The notes below the pieces were generated by a model. The model was given only the letters and a program-made list of their open reading frames with translations, was not told the DNA's origin and ran no database searches. Positions 15,381 to 27,379 of a stretch of DNA of 64,000 nucleotides are shown here, piece by piece; the first letter of the stretch is position 1; every line of letters starts with the position of its first letter. The stretch comes from Eledone cirrhosa. Taxonomy: Eukaryota. The position numbers and the translations under genes are program-made. The stretch is taken from NCBI GenBank assembly GCA_964016885.1, contig OZ024740.1:264368001-264432000 (forward strand), written 5' to 3'.

Positions 15381-15954
15381 CAAGTTGCCTATACATGTTA
15401 CACGGCTACGGAGATTTATGTTCATCAGCAGGAATAACATATTGGAGAATCTAATATCGGTACAGATGCAAGCACACACGCATGCATACTTATAGACATA
15501 GGATTAATAAAGAATAATGGAAGGGATCTACAGATAAATAAATTAGAGTTGGGGTATAAACGAACACATTTTTATACAGAGACACCCCAATTCAGTTAAC
15601 TTCAGAGGAACTAAGAAATTAGGAAGTGTGTAATGTCCTTCTCCAACGCACATGACCATAATGATATTCGATGTCTATCAATAAACAATAGTTGAAATAA
15701 TTGCATTAAGTAAATAAGATGCCGGAAAACGTTCACAGAAGTGGCCTCTACAATATCTTTTTCTTCCGGAATGATTTAAACAATTTTGTCATATATTATT
15801 TATAGCCATCGGCTATTATTATGGTCATTTATGTGGAGACGCACACATTTCATTGACATATATATATGTCTCTGTGTATATATATATATATATATCGACA
15901 GCATTCGTTAGCTTGCCCGCAACCACAGCCTCGTTTATGCTGCATGCACTACTT

Positions 15955-16460
<506 letters not shown>

Positions 16461-17859
16461 TGTGTTTGTGTGTGCTGTGTGTGTGTACAAAGAAAACAAT
16501 CACGTAAACCAGGCACTTTTACTGAGCGGTTATATTTTATACAAATGGTGATCTGCAAAAAGCTGTTTACATCATCGTCATTTCACTTGTTTGAAAATGC
16601 ATGCAATGAACTTACAGAAGCCATGTAATGCGTGAAGCATATCACCTCCGGCGATTCATAACAAGTAACTATTATCTTTATACTCTAAATGTATATTACA
16701 TTCCTTAATTAATTTTGATGTTAAAAATATCGCTGTTTGTTTATGTGCTGATATTTTTATAAGTCTGTATGAAAATTATTTTGGAACTGTCACGAATCAC
16801 ATAAGAGTTGAAGAAAATGAATATATGAATATGTGAAGAAGGCGTAATGATATGATGATTATATGACAACGAAAGAGATGTTTGTAATGCTAACAAAATT
16901 GTATCAAATCGAAGGAGAAAAAAGATGATGTTGACGGGAAGGAGGTAGAGGAGAATTATGAAAAATGTGTAGAAGAATCCGAAAAAGCATACGACGTGGA
17001 ATGTGCCGTCGAATTCTAAGTGAACGAAGAAAAATTTAAAAATAAAAGAAGAAGAAGAAGAAGAAGAAGAATATCATCTACAACAACAACCGTAGCACCA
17101 CCAACTTCGACAAAAATAACAGTAACAACGAGATCACCAACAGCAACGAGAACAAACAATTATTAAGTTAAAAAACATCAGAAAAGGAAAATTCTATAGT
17201 AGCTTCTTTAACTCTTAAACTAACTTTAATGATCTGGTACCAAAGATATAGCCGGGTCTCGATATTCCAAGCTGTAGATGTCAGAGTTGATATGTTGACG
17301 GTAAAGAATACAACATACAGTTCATCCATAACTTTCAGTGTATCGGGTACCTCGAAAATTAGGGTTCTATCTATCTAGGTATCTATCTATGAATAGAGAG
17401 AGAGAAATAAAGAGAGACAGTGAGTGAGAGAGAGATGTAGAGAGGGAGATGGAGAGAGAGAGAGATGGTGAAAGAGAAAGAGTGACAAGAACAGATACAC
17501 TCACATTATAAGAATGGGTTTGAGTATGTGATCGGTAATTTATTTTATTGGAAGCGGTATGACGAAAGATTTGATATCGATGAGATTCGATATCAGAATG
17601 TAAGTATTCCGATCTACTCAGACAAACATACACACATCCACACCCAAACACATGCAAATATAGTTAGCCTGACCAACTCGCCAGCTCTGTTTCTATATTG
17701 TCTTAACGTATCTCGTTTTGCAGGCATTGCCGTCCAGTGTCTTCTACGAAAGGTTATCCGACCATGATCGTCCATCTTTTTTAATACTGCAGCATTCTGC
17801 AGCGCCTACACACACACACATACACACACACACGCGCACACATACATACATACACACAT

Positions 17860-17897
<38 letters not shown>

Positions 17898-17953
17898 TAA
17901 TATATAAATATATATATATTGTATATATATATATATATACACATATATATATC

Positions 17954-18018
<65 letters not shown>

Positions 18019-18526
18019 AAAGTTCTATTTAAAATTGTTGGGATACAACAAGTAAATATTTTTATAACTGATATAAAGCACTCGACAAGGATTTGGAGTA
18101 GATATACGATATTAATAAATGGAAACTATAGAAATAAATATGGTTTTATAAATATAGTTTCCATTTATTAATATCGTATATATATATATATATATATATA
18201 TAATAAAGAGAGACAAACACATATGCGTTCAAATCACAAGGGACGTTAAACCGCCAAGCTGAAGAAAATACTATTTAGGAATAATACGGTTTGCTAGACT
18301 CAATTAAAAGGATACATTACAGTTTGAGCAAAGAATCTCTGCTTTCACCCTTAACTGGGTCTTCCGAAACTAAAAAAGTCAATCTGTGAACGCAGAAATG
18401 AATATTTCAAAAAACGTTGCAACCGAAGGAAGAGAGGAAGACGATACATCGGTTCGTGGAAACGTTCCCTGGCAAAGACCGTAAAAAAAACGAAGATGAT
18501 ACGTCATTATTTGGTCCAGTGAAAAC

Positions 18527-18618
<92 letters not shown>

Positions 18619-18845
18619 ATAGGGGGGGAGAAAGAGAGAGACAGAGAGTGAGATAGATTGATAGATAGTTAGATATAGATATATATGTATGTGTATGTGT
18701 ACACCGACATATACAGCCGCCCACGTTTCCATACGACTTAACTTTATATCTACATATATATATATTAAAAGTATATATTGAGTTAAAAACTCACAATACT
18801 CCCTTATAATTAATATATCTGAACGAAAAACATTTTTCCGAGCCT

Positions 18846-19080
18846 TATAATCTATATATCTAAAACAGAGAATGTCTGTTTGTCTGTCTGTCTGTCTCCC
18901 TGTCTGACTCCCTAAAACTCGAGAACCACCCAACCGATTTTTTTAAATCTTTACACATGTAATACGTGTGAGTGTTTTGAGCAAAACATATTTCAAATTT
19001 TCAATGCCCTAGGGAAAGTATTAGATAGCTATAACGTCGCGCCCTTATAATATCTGTCTGTATGTTTGGCTGTCTGCATT
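18846..19080 (+). mobile_element. Non-autonomous Helitron-like 5' segment
   Basis: atctatatatctaaaacagagaatgtctg + (TGTC)n + aactcgagaacc..accgatttt, resembling Lep1-like Helitrons. Confidence 0.45.
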
Positions 19081-19129
19081 ACGACATTGACACTATCACT
19101 GTGTGTACGTGTGTATATATGTATATATA

Positions 19130-19161
<32 letters not shown>

Positions 19162-19734
19162 TGTGTAACGTTTTTCTAAATATTTACTTCTGCGTTCACA
19201 GATTGATTTTTCTAGTTTCAGAAGATCCCGTTACGGGTTAAAGCAGGGATTTAGTGCTTAAACATTAATCTGTTATTTTAATATAAATATATTTATATAA
19301 TTATATATTCGTGTACAGATATTTTTGCATACACAAAAACAAAATATAAACGGTAGCGAAAACAACAACAAAAAAGCGAGGGAAATCAATTCAATGCTTT
19401 TGAAAATTCGTAATGGAAAATTATTTGCCTATTCACCCAAAGCGACTTTACTTTTCATTAGGACTTCCGCATCACTCCTAAATATCTGTACATCCACTGA
19501 TGATCAATCGGATTTGTAACTCTCTCCACTTATTTGCGAAACAGTTCTACCAAAGGTTGTCTGGAGGTGATAGTTATCATGATTCGGGTTGTATTCCTTA
19601 ATTTATCCTTTTAATTGAGTCTAGCAAACCGTATTATTCTTAATTAGTAAGTTCTTCACCTTGGCGGTTTAACCTACCCTGTGATTTGAATGCATACATG
19701 TATATATCTGGGTTTGTCTCTCTTTATTATATAT

Positions 19735-19770
19735 TATACTAACAGAATGGCTCGGCGTTGCTCGGGATTC
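19735..19770 (-). mobile_element. Helitron-like 3' terminus
   Basis: cccgagcaacgccgag hairpin-like motif then gttagta; related motif at 29722-29750(+). Confidence 0.35.
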
Positions 19771-20258
19771 TAAATATAGATTGGCACGTTTATTCTTCCT
19801 TTCTGAAACAAAACGGAGAAGTACAGACTACCTCGGCATGGGCATGGTGTCTACATTTTGTGCTTATAAAAAAGATTCGTCGTAGATTACCAGTGGTTTA
19901 ACACAATTGGGTACCTGAGAGTAAAATATTCAACCCACGAAAGACAAGACATATAGATATATAGATTATAAAGCTGGGAAAAATGTTTTTCCTTCAGCTA
20001 TTTTAATTATGAGGGAGTATTGTGAGTTTTTCACTCAATATATACTTTTGATATATATATATATGTATATATAAAGTTAAGTCATATGGAAACGAGTGCG
20101 GCTGTATATGTCTGTATACACATACACATACATATATACCTATATTTAACTATCTATCAATCTATCTCACTCTCTATCTCTCTCTTTCTTTCTCCACCTC
20201 TCTCTCCCTCTCTCCATCTCTCTCTCTCTCACTCTCTCTCTGTCTCTCTCTATCTCTT

Positions 20259-20292
<34 letters not shown>

Positions 20293-20355
20293 CATATATA
20301 TATAATAATAAAATAACAGGAGGCTGGACTTGTGTAAATCCTTGAAAGGTTTATT

Positions 20356-20413
20356 ATACTATGATCCTTTCAATGACCGGGTTCCGTATGAATCCGGTGA
20401 TATCTTCAGGTAT
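20356..20413 (-). ncRNA. Type I hammerhead ribozyme
   Basis: auac-CUGAAGA-..accgg/ccggu..-GAAA-ggauc-AUA-guau. Confidence 0.7.
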
Positions 20414-21604
20414 TCGAAATATAATAAATGAATGTAACAGATAAAATCCATGGATGTGAAAATCATAGACCCGAGGACGATCGACCATCTAGCATCTTCC
20501 ACTTTAATCGGTCGCCCTCAAGTACTGGCTATTCGGTCTAACTAAGGCTATCTGGTGAGGGGGCGAAAGCTTATAATGTGCTACTAACCTCCCGGTCAAA
20601 GAGAAACAAAAGACAGAAAGAAAGAAGAAAAGTCAGCGTTAATGTCATGCTACAATCAGGCTAGGAGTTGCCGGGAAAAATGTTATTCCAAAGAACCTAT
20701 ATCTTAACAGAGGTATATATTATAACACAGGTATATATAGTGGACGTCTGCATGGTATAATGTGTGAACAGAAAATAGGAAAGTTAAATTTTGGTTTAGA
20801 TTTATAGGATGAAATTACAAAATAAATTAAATTAAAGATTAAAATTATAAAATTAAAAAAATTTGAAAATTAAAAATTAAAGAGTTTTAAAAATATGTTA
20901 TGGTTTGGGTGCGACATTTACAGATAGAGTCTTTTATGAAAAAATTTTAATTGTATTATAGAGATCCTCGATAAGTTTTCAGAGTGGGATATAGAGTAAA
21001 GATTAAGTCCTTGTTTAGCAGTCAAACAACACGCGACGACTGCAGATTCCGGTCAGCCCATCTTAACCACGTGTCAGCCATTCCGAGTGTAAATTCCTTA
21101 ACTAAATCTCTCAACCCAAACCATAAGTTTTTTTTTAAAGTGTATAATTTTGAATTCTCAAATTTTTTTAATTTTATAATTTTAATCTTTAATTTAATTT
21201 TTTTGTAATTTCATCCTATAAATCTAAACAAAAATTTAACGTTCCTATTTTCTGTTCACACATTATACCATGCAGACGCCCATTATATATACCTCTGTCA
21301 TAATATATATCTCTGTTAAGATATAGGTTCTTTGGAATAACATTTTTCGCGGCAAATCCTAGCCTAATTGTAGCATGACGCTGACGTTTCTTCTTTCTTT
21401 CTGTCTTTTTTTTCTCTTTGACCGGGAGGTTAGTAGCACATTATAAGCTTTCGCCTCCCTCACGAGATAGACTTATGTAGACCGAATAGCCACCACTTGA
21501 GGGCGACCGGCTAAAGTGGAAGATGCTAGATGGTCGGTCGTCCTCGGTTCTATGAGTTTTAGCCCGATGGATTTTATCTGTTACATTCATTTATTATATT
21601 TCGA

Positions 21605-21662
21605 ATACCTGATGATATCACCGGATTCATACGGAACCCGGTCATTGAAATGATCATAGTAT
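21605..21662 (+). ncRNA. Type I hammerhead ribozyme
   Basis: auac-CUGAUGA-..accgg/ccggu..-GAAA-ugauc-AUA-guau; palindromic stem III augaucau. Confidence 0.78.
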
Positions 21663-21863
21663 AATAAACCTTTCAAGGATTTACACAAGTCCAGGCTCCT
21701 GTTATTTTATTATAATATTTAACTCCGTACTCGCACCACAAGCTACACAAACGAAGACGGTTGAGCTGCTTTACGTTGAGTGCTCTCCATATTATTACAT
21801 CAAATTGACCATACGGTATGACCAGCTCTATCCAGTGGTGAACCTTCAAACCTAAATAAATAA

Positions 21864-21912
<49 letters not shown>

Positions 21913-22083
21913 TATAGATAGGTAAATATACACGGGTGTGTATGATTGTGTATAGAAGATTATATTAATAAGAGGAATTCCAACTTTGTCTGATTTACTC
22001 GTTTTATTTACAATCCTTTAAAATATATATAATGGTATTATAATGAAATAGTATGATAGAATATTAAATTCTAAGTGTTAATT

Positions 22084-22120
22084 GAACAAGTACTTTCATG
22101 CTTTCGCAATCTTCAGGTTC
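22084..22120 (-). ncRNA. Minimal type I hammerhead in the 3' pLTR of the intact Neptune element
   Basis: gaac-CUGAAGA-uugc gaaa gcau-GAAA-gua-CUU-guuc. Confidence 0.75.
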
Positions 22121-22496
22121 ATGATATGTGGTGACAGTCGAGTTTGCAATTTTCAACTGTAATGAGATGGGTAAATTTCCTACCTTTTATACATTTTATA
22201 CAGAGAAAAGTGGCTCCAGAATGCAAAGCCCTGTAAACTGTATTTCGACCAATCAGTGTGTAGTTTCACTGAATTACTACAGCTGATTGGTTTAAGCGTC
22301 ACGGCTGGTTGAGCATGCTAACGACCAATAGTCATATCCAACGTATCAATTGTTTTGCTTTTTTGAAATGATGAAAATAGCATTTTCTATTAATCATCAC
22401 CATCAACATCACTTTTATTATTATTATTATTGTTGTTGTTGTTGTTGTTAGTGGTCGTGGTCATAGTGGTAGTAGAAGTAATACCCCTAGGCGTTA

Positions 22497-24683
22497 TTAT
22501 TGTTCATTTAGCTTGGGTTTGAATTTATCAATAAAATTCTTTTCTTTGATTTTTCTCTTGATTTCATTTGGGCTGTGTAATTTGTAGAATGGGAATATTA
22601 TAAATATTCCCTGACCACATGTTGCCAGGTGGCCGCTTAGGGGTATCTGACGGACATTTGGGTCTCTGATTTGTTGACGGTGTACCCGTGCACGTTCCGA
22701 TAGTGCATTTCCAGTTTGACCGACATATAGTTCTTCACAATTCGGGCATTTAATGCAGTAAATTAGATTTCTGCTTTTGCAGTTCATATTTGCATTTGTG
22801 AATATTTTTCCAGTTTTTGTTTTCATATATTGACCGGTGTGTATGGATTGACATGTGCCGCATCGATTATCATTGCATTTAGATACAGTGAATGATTGGT
22901 CTTTGTTGTTAAGGTCAAACTTTGCTTTTGTTAGCAATTGCTTCAAATTTTTTGGCTGTCTTTTACTAAGAGTCAAAGATCGATCTGTGATTAAGCCTTT
23001 TAATTCATTACTTTGAGCAATGATCGGTAGGTTTGCTTTGGCAGTGTTGAAGATATTCTGGTGACATGGGTTGTGTGTCATTATAAATGGTATGACCAGT
23101 TCTTGGTTTCTTCTTCTTTGGGTTGTTCTAAGTTGTTGTATAGGTATTTTTATAGCCCGCTGTATGCCATTTTCTATAAGTAGAGATGGGTATTTTTGTT
23201 TGAGCAAAAATTCTCTTAGTTCTGTTAGGCGTTTGTACCTGGTATTCGTATCTTCTACAATGGTACAAATTCTTCTGGCTAGGCAGTATGGGATGTTGCG
23301 TTTTGTATGAGGTGGATGGCACGACTTAAAATTCAGATATTGATGGGTGTCTGTGTGTTTATAATATATATCCGTGGTAATGGTGGTGTCGTTTTTGATT
23401 ATCATTATATCTAGGAATGGTAATTTGGTCCTACTCATCTCTTTTGTGAATTGGAGAGATGGGTGTAGGTTATTCAGGAGGATATTGAACTCATCCAGAG
23501 TATCTAAAGATTCTGTCCAGATGATGAAACAGTCGTCAAGGTATCTCTTCCAAGATTTTTCAATGTACTTTCTAAAGTCAGTACTATATTTTTCCTCTAT
23601 TTCTTGGTAGAGTTGTTGTTCTAAGTATCCCATTACAGAGTTCGCGTAAACGGGAGCAAACTTCGTTCCCATCGCTGTGCCTCTAATTTGGATGTAATTC
23701 TTTCCATTGAAGAAGAAAGTGTTGTTTTCCAGAATAAGTTTAACTGCGTCTAATATAAATGGCGCTGTGAATCTAATGGGAATCACTTCTCTATGTTTTT
23801 CCACCCAGTATTTAACCGCCTTTATTCCTAAATCATGTGTAATGTTGGTGTAAAGGCTTACCACATCAAAACTGAGTAGAAGTGAATTCGTTTCCGTGGT
23901 TTTGGGAAGATGGGACAGGAAGTCGATATCATCCCGGATGAAACTGGGTATGTGAATACATAGTGGTTTCAAAATAATGTCAACAAAATTGCTTAGACGG
24001 TGAGTGGGGCATGTTGAACCAGCTATAATAGGTCTAAGTTTTAAGTCTTTTGGGTGTAATAATTTAATGTACTCACTGTTTTGTTCTCTTACTGCCAGTT
24101 GTATTTCTTTTGACTTGTGAACTTTCGGTAGGCCATACAGGTTGCTGGGTTTCGGCTCAAAATTGGTGATGTAGTCTCTTTCCTTATCAGTAAATGAGTT
24201 GTGGTATTTTGAAGCCAGGTTGTTGATCTTCTTCATGATGTTGTGGTCTATATTTGACGGTATTTCATTATAGAATGTTGTGTCTTTCAGTTGTTCCTCA
24301 ACCAAATCCTTGTAGTATTCAGTATCCATTATAACAACTGCACCCCCTTTATCTGCTTGTTTAATTATTATTGTTTTATCATTTTGTATACGTTTAAGTG
24401 CAGACATTTCTGATTTGTTAATGTTTGGCCTAACATTAGTATTATGTCTAAGAGGAAATTTAGACAGGATGTCAATGTATTGGTCGAGATAGATATTTCT
24501 TCCTTTTGGCGGAGTGAAATTTGATTTATTCTTTACTAGTGATTCATCACTCTCATTATTTTTATCAGCGAAGAATTCTACAAGACGTAATTTTCGACAG
24601 AATTCTTGGGTATCCTCCTTCAGTTCTTGGTGGTTGACTGTTGGAGTCGGTGTGAATTTCAGTCCTTTTGACAGAATTTGCAT
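22497..24683 (-). CDS. PLE reverse transcriptase + GIY-YIG endonuclease (728 aa from first ATG; frame open upstream to 24824)
   Basis: IIIKQADKGG, LYGLPKVHK, LRPII, FDVVSLYT, GTAMGTKFAPVYAN, RYLDD, LPFLD, linker CNDNRCGTC, LIYCIKCPNCEELYVGQT. Confidence 0.95.
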   Translation of the reverse strand: MQILSKGLKFTPTPTVNHQELKEDTQEFCRKLRLVEFFADKNNESDESLVKNKSNFTPPKGRNIYLDQYIDILSKFPLRHNTNVRPNINKSEMSALKRIQNDKTIIIKQADKGGAVVIMDTEYYKDLVEEQLKDTTFYNEIPSNIDHNIMKKINNLASKYHNSFTDKERDYITNFEPKPSNLYGLPKVHKSKEIQLAVREQNSEYIKLLHPKDLKLRPIIAGSTCPTHRLSNFVDIILKPLCIHIPSFIRDDIDFLSHLPKTTETNSLLLSFDVVSLYTNITHDLGIKAVKYWVEKHREVIPIRFTAPFILDAVKLILENNTFFFNGKNYIQIRGTAMGTKFAPVYANSVMGYLEQQLYQEIEEKYSTDFRKYIEKSWKRYLDDCFIIWTESLDTLDEFNILLNNLHPSLQFTKEMSRTKLPFLDIMIIKNDTTITTDIYYKHTDTHQYLNFKSCHPPHTKRNIPYCLARRICTIVEDTNTRYKRLTELREFLLKQKYPSLLIENGIQRAIKIPIQQLRTTQRRRNQELVIPFIMTHNPCHQNIFNTAKANLPIIAQSNELKGLITDRSLTLSKRQPKNLKQLLTKAKFDLNNKDQSFTVSKCNDNRCGTCQSIHTGQYMKTKTGKIFTNANMNCKSRNLIYCIKCPNCEELYVGQTGNALSERARVHRQQIRDPNVRQIPLSGHLATCGQGIFIIFPFYKLHSPNEIKRKIKEKNFIDKFKPKLNEQ

Positions 24684-24730
24684 TTCATCATTGTCAAGAT
24701 CTCTTTTAGATAAATTAATTATTTTAGGAT

Positions 24731-25282
24731 CTACGTGTACAGCTGTTTTGGGTATGTTTCCTCCTGGAGTTTTTCTTTTTCCGGTTTTTGTTGTCCTGAC
24801 GTTAAAAAATGAATTTTTCTCTGTTCAGGATTTATATTCCTGTTGGTGTTCGCTTGATGAACTTTTGGTCGTGATATTATATTTGGTTTCGTTATGTGTT
24901 TTGTCCTATTTTTGGTATTCTGTATATTATTTTTCTTCCTGTTAGCATTATTTTTAACAATCTGGGAAAATGACCTAGGTTTGCTTTCAGGTTTAGATCG
25001 TTTTTTCGTCCAGTTTCTTGTGGGCAATCTCTGTTGAGATCTTGAGAGTGATCTGGTTATTCTACGTTTTGTTTCCACATTCCTTGTTGGTTGTCTCTGT
25101 TGAGATCTTGAGAATGATCTCCTGGTTTTACTACTTCTCATGGTCTGGTCAAAGGAATACCTATCGTGTTTGTGCTTTTTGTTCATGTTGTGTGCGATAG
25201 GGTGTTTTTGTAGAAAAAGCGAAGAGTTATTACCGTAGTTCTTCTTTGATTCAAGGTAAGGTGAGCGTTTGTGTTGGCACAT
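24731..25282 (-). CDS. Upstream basic Arg/Ser/Lys-rich ORF of the Neptune element (5'-truncated)
   Basis: 183 codons open; RSFSRSQQR repeats; overlaps the RT frame across a -1 slippery site. Confidence 0.55.
   Translation of the reverse strand: MCQHKRSPYLESKKNYGNNSSLFLQKHPIAHNMNKKHKHDRYSFDQTMRSSKTRRSFSRSQQRQPTRNVETKRRITRSLSRSQQRLPTRNWTKKRSKPESKPRSFSQIVKNNANRKKNNIQNTKNRTKHITKPNIISRPKVHQANTNRNINPEQRKIHFLTSGQQKPEKEKLQEETYPKQLYT
24803..24809 (-). promoter_or_regulatory. Candidate -1 ribosomal frameshift slippery heptamer U_UUU_UUA
   Basis: In phase in the upstream ORF (caT TTT TTA acg); the -1 frame is the RT frame, which is closed by TGA at 24825-24827 just upstream. Confidence 0.6.
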
Positions 25283-25699
25283 ATATATATATAAATGTTA
25301 TCTTATCACTGCATCAAATAATGACGTATTATCTTCGTTCTTTTCCGTTCTATGCCAAAGAACGTTTCGACGAACCGAAGTATCGTCTTCCTGTCTTCCT
25401 TCGGTTGCAACATTTTTTGAAATATTTACTTCTGCGTTCACAGATTGAATTTTTTTGTTTTCAGAAGATCCCTTTAAGGGTGAAAGCAGCGATTCTTTGC
25501 TTAAACTTTAATCTGTTATTTTAATAAATATATATATGTATATATTAATTTGAGTATGTCTTAGTTAATATACCGACACTTCAGTATGCAGAGTAAAACA
25601 CTCAACGAAGTATGTAGTTGGGTCTGTTTACTCCGGAGTATATTTAACAACAAATAGTGTAACTCAACCGATTAAAATTACCTTCGTTTACACATATTC

Positions 25700-25758
25700 G
25701 CTATTATATATATTTCGCTGATAACTCTTATGCAACAGCTATCTCCTCATCAGACAGC
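25700..25758 (-). ncRNA. Type I hammerhead ribozyme
   Basis: gcugu-CUGAUGA-g..gauagcu/aguuauc..c-GAAA-uauauaua-auagc. Confidence 0.75.
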
Positions 25759-25796
25759 TAAAATTTCGATTTGTTTATATGCTCAGTGCTGAAGTA

Positions 25797-25854
<58 letters not shown>

Positions 25855-26436
25855 TTATGTGTGTGTGTGAGTGTGTGTGTTTGCGCGTGTATATATATAT
25901 ATATATATATATGTACACACATAGTACAAAGGATAAAACAGTAGAAAATGCTGGAGCGATTTTTTTCACTATAATATCAAAACATTTATTTAATGACTCA
26001 ATCACCACTACAGCTGCTTGCCGTCTGATCCTACTTCACTCGCCCATTTTCCGTCTTCCCTTTCCTTATCATAACCCTAGTATTACTACCACACATATAA
26101 CCTGTCCCTCCCTCTCCTTCCTCTTAGTCGCTTCCCTCTCCTTCGTCTTATTCTACTTCTGCCCTCCCCCATTTCTTCTCCTTCTTCCTTCCCCCTCCCA
26201 ATCAATCGAAGCGAACTGTCAAAACCAACAATTTAAACTGCTACCTCCTCTGTTGGTCAACACTAACAGAGAACGTAAGAAAACGTCGGACAAAAGTATG
26301 AATTTTACCCTCTAAAAATTATTTTCTAAAAATTAGGTTCAAGATGACCGGATGTATACAAACTGGATTTACTTCGATCATCGTATCACTAATCTGGATG
26401 TGGAATAAACAACATCTGAGCATTACATATTCGAAT

Positions 26437-26610
26437 TGGCAGTATCGGTAGAGGGTCAGACATGCTTTCCAGTACAGTTACGTCCCTTTACGATCTGAGT
26501 TCAAATCCCGCCGATGTTAACTTTGCCTTTCATCCTTACGAGGTCGATAAAATAAAGTACCAGTAATGTAGTGGGTATTTGCTGGCCTTGTGCCAAAAGT
26601 AGAAACAATT
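26437..26610 (+). mobile_element. tRNA-derived SINE
   Basis: A/B boxes; central tttgcctttcatcc..ggtcgataaaat..agtaccag domain; tail gaaacaattatt. Confidence 0.8.
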
Positions 26611-26683
26611 ATTAACAATTATTAACTTATGGAATATATCGTATATATATTATGTATATATATATATAGGGAAAAGTATGACG

Positions 26684-26765
26684 CCCGACGGCAGAGATCA
26701 AGCCGTTTCGACGGTTATTTAGAATGTTTAGCCTGGGGAATAAATAGCCGAACTTTTCAAGCGGG
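26684..26765 (-). ncRNA. Type I hammerhead, U3-A8 variant
   Basis: UUGAAAA-g..cggcuauuua/uaaauaaccguc-GAAA-cggc..gcc-GUC-ggg. Confidence 0.7.
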
Positions 26766-27379
26766 TACTTCCTTATATGGGAATATTGTAGTTGTCAAGA
26801 GGATTGGTTAACATTTGTTGTAAACACAAATATGTCTATCATGGCATTTGGTGGGAGGTAGGTGTGGCTGAACTTGCTTGTAGAACAATAGGGGAGTGAG
26901 TTGAGCGGTCAAGCGTTGAAATTGATATGTATACAACAGATTCTAAGGATAGTGTATGAAGTGGAAATATAAAATTAGATAGTGAGAAATGAATTTAAAA
27001 AATCACAATGCTATCTTACAATTACAGGTTAATAAGTTGAGAATAGAAAAAAACTTGTAGAAAAAACTTGTAGTACCAGAACTGATACAGAATTAAAGGG
27101 GTTTAACAAGTGTGCTATAAGTAGTTAGTAACACGTATTAGGCCAATTCTATCTTAAAATTACAGGGGTGGGGTAACTGATGCTAGAGAGGCCCGATGGG
27201 CTGCATCGAAGTAGGCGAAGGGGAAAAGCAGACGAGGAAGAAAATAGAGGGTGGAAGGAAGTGATAGGATGAGACAGGTGGAAGAAGACAAAGAGGAAAA
27301 GGAAAGGAAAGAGATACATTACCTAAATAAGCTGGGGTTTGCATGCGGTTACCAGTTCCTTTATCTTGTTCAGGAGTTG

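Larger units (their letters stand above)
20300..21718. repeat. Long inverted repeat (about 610-bp arms, about 200-bp spacer) of a hammerhead-bearing pLTR
   Basis: 20300-20910 is the reverse complement of 21114-21718. Confidence 0.9.
21950..25282 (-). mobile_element. Penelope-like element, Neptune-type, with intact RT-EN frame and upstream ORF
   Basis: Upstream ORF + RT/GIY-YIG ORF + 3' region with hammerhead; 5' end abuts (TA)n; 3' boundary approximate. Confidence 0.93.

Noticed and set aside
15385-15435. Minus-strand CUGAUGA followed by GUAA
   Set aside because: Core and stems too degraded to call
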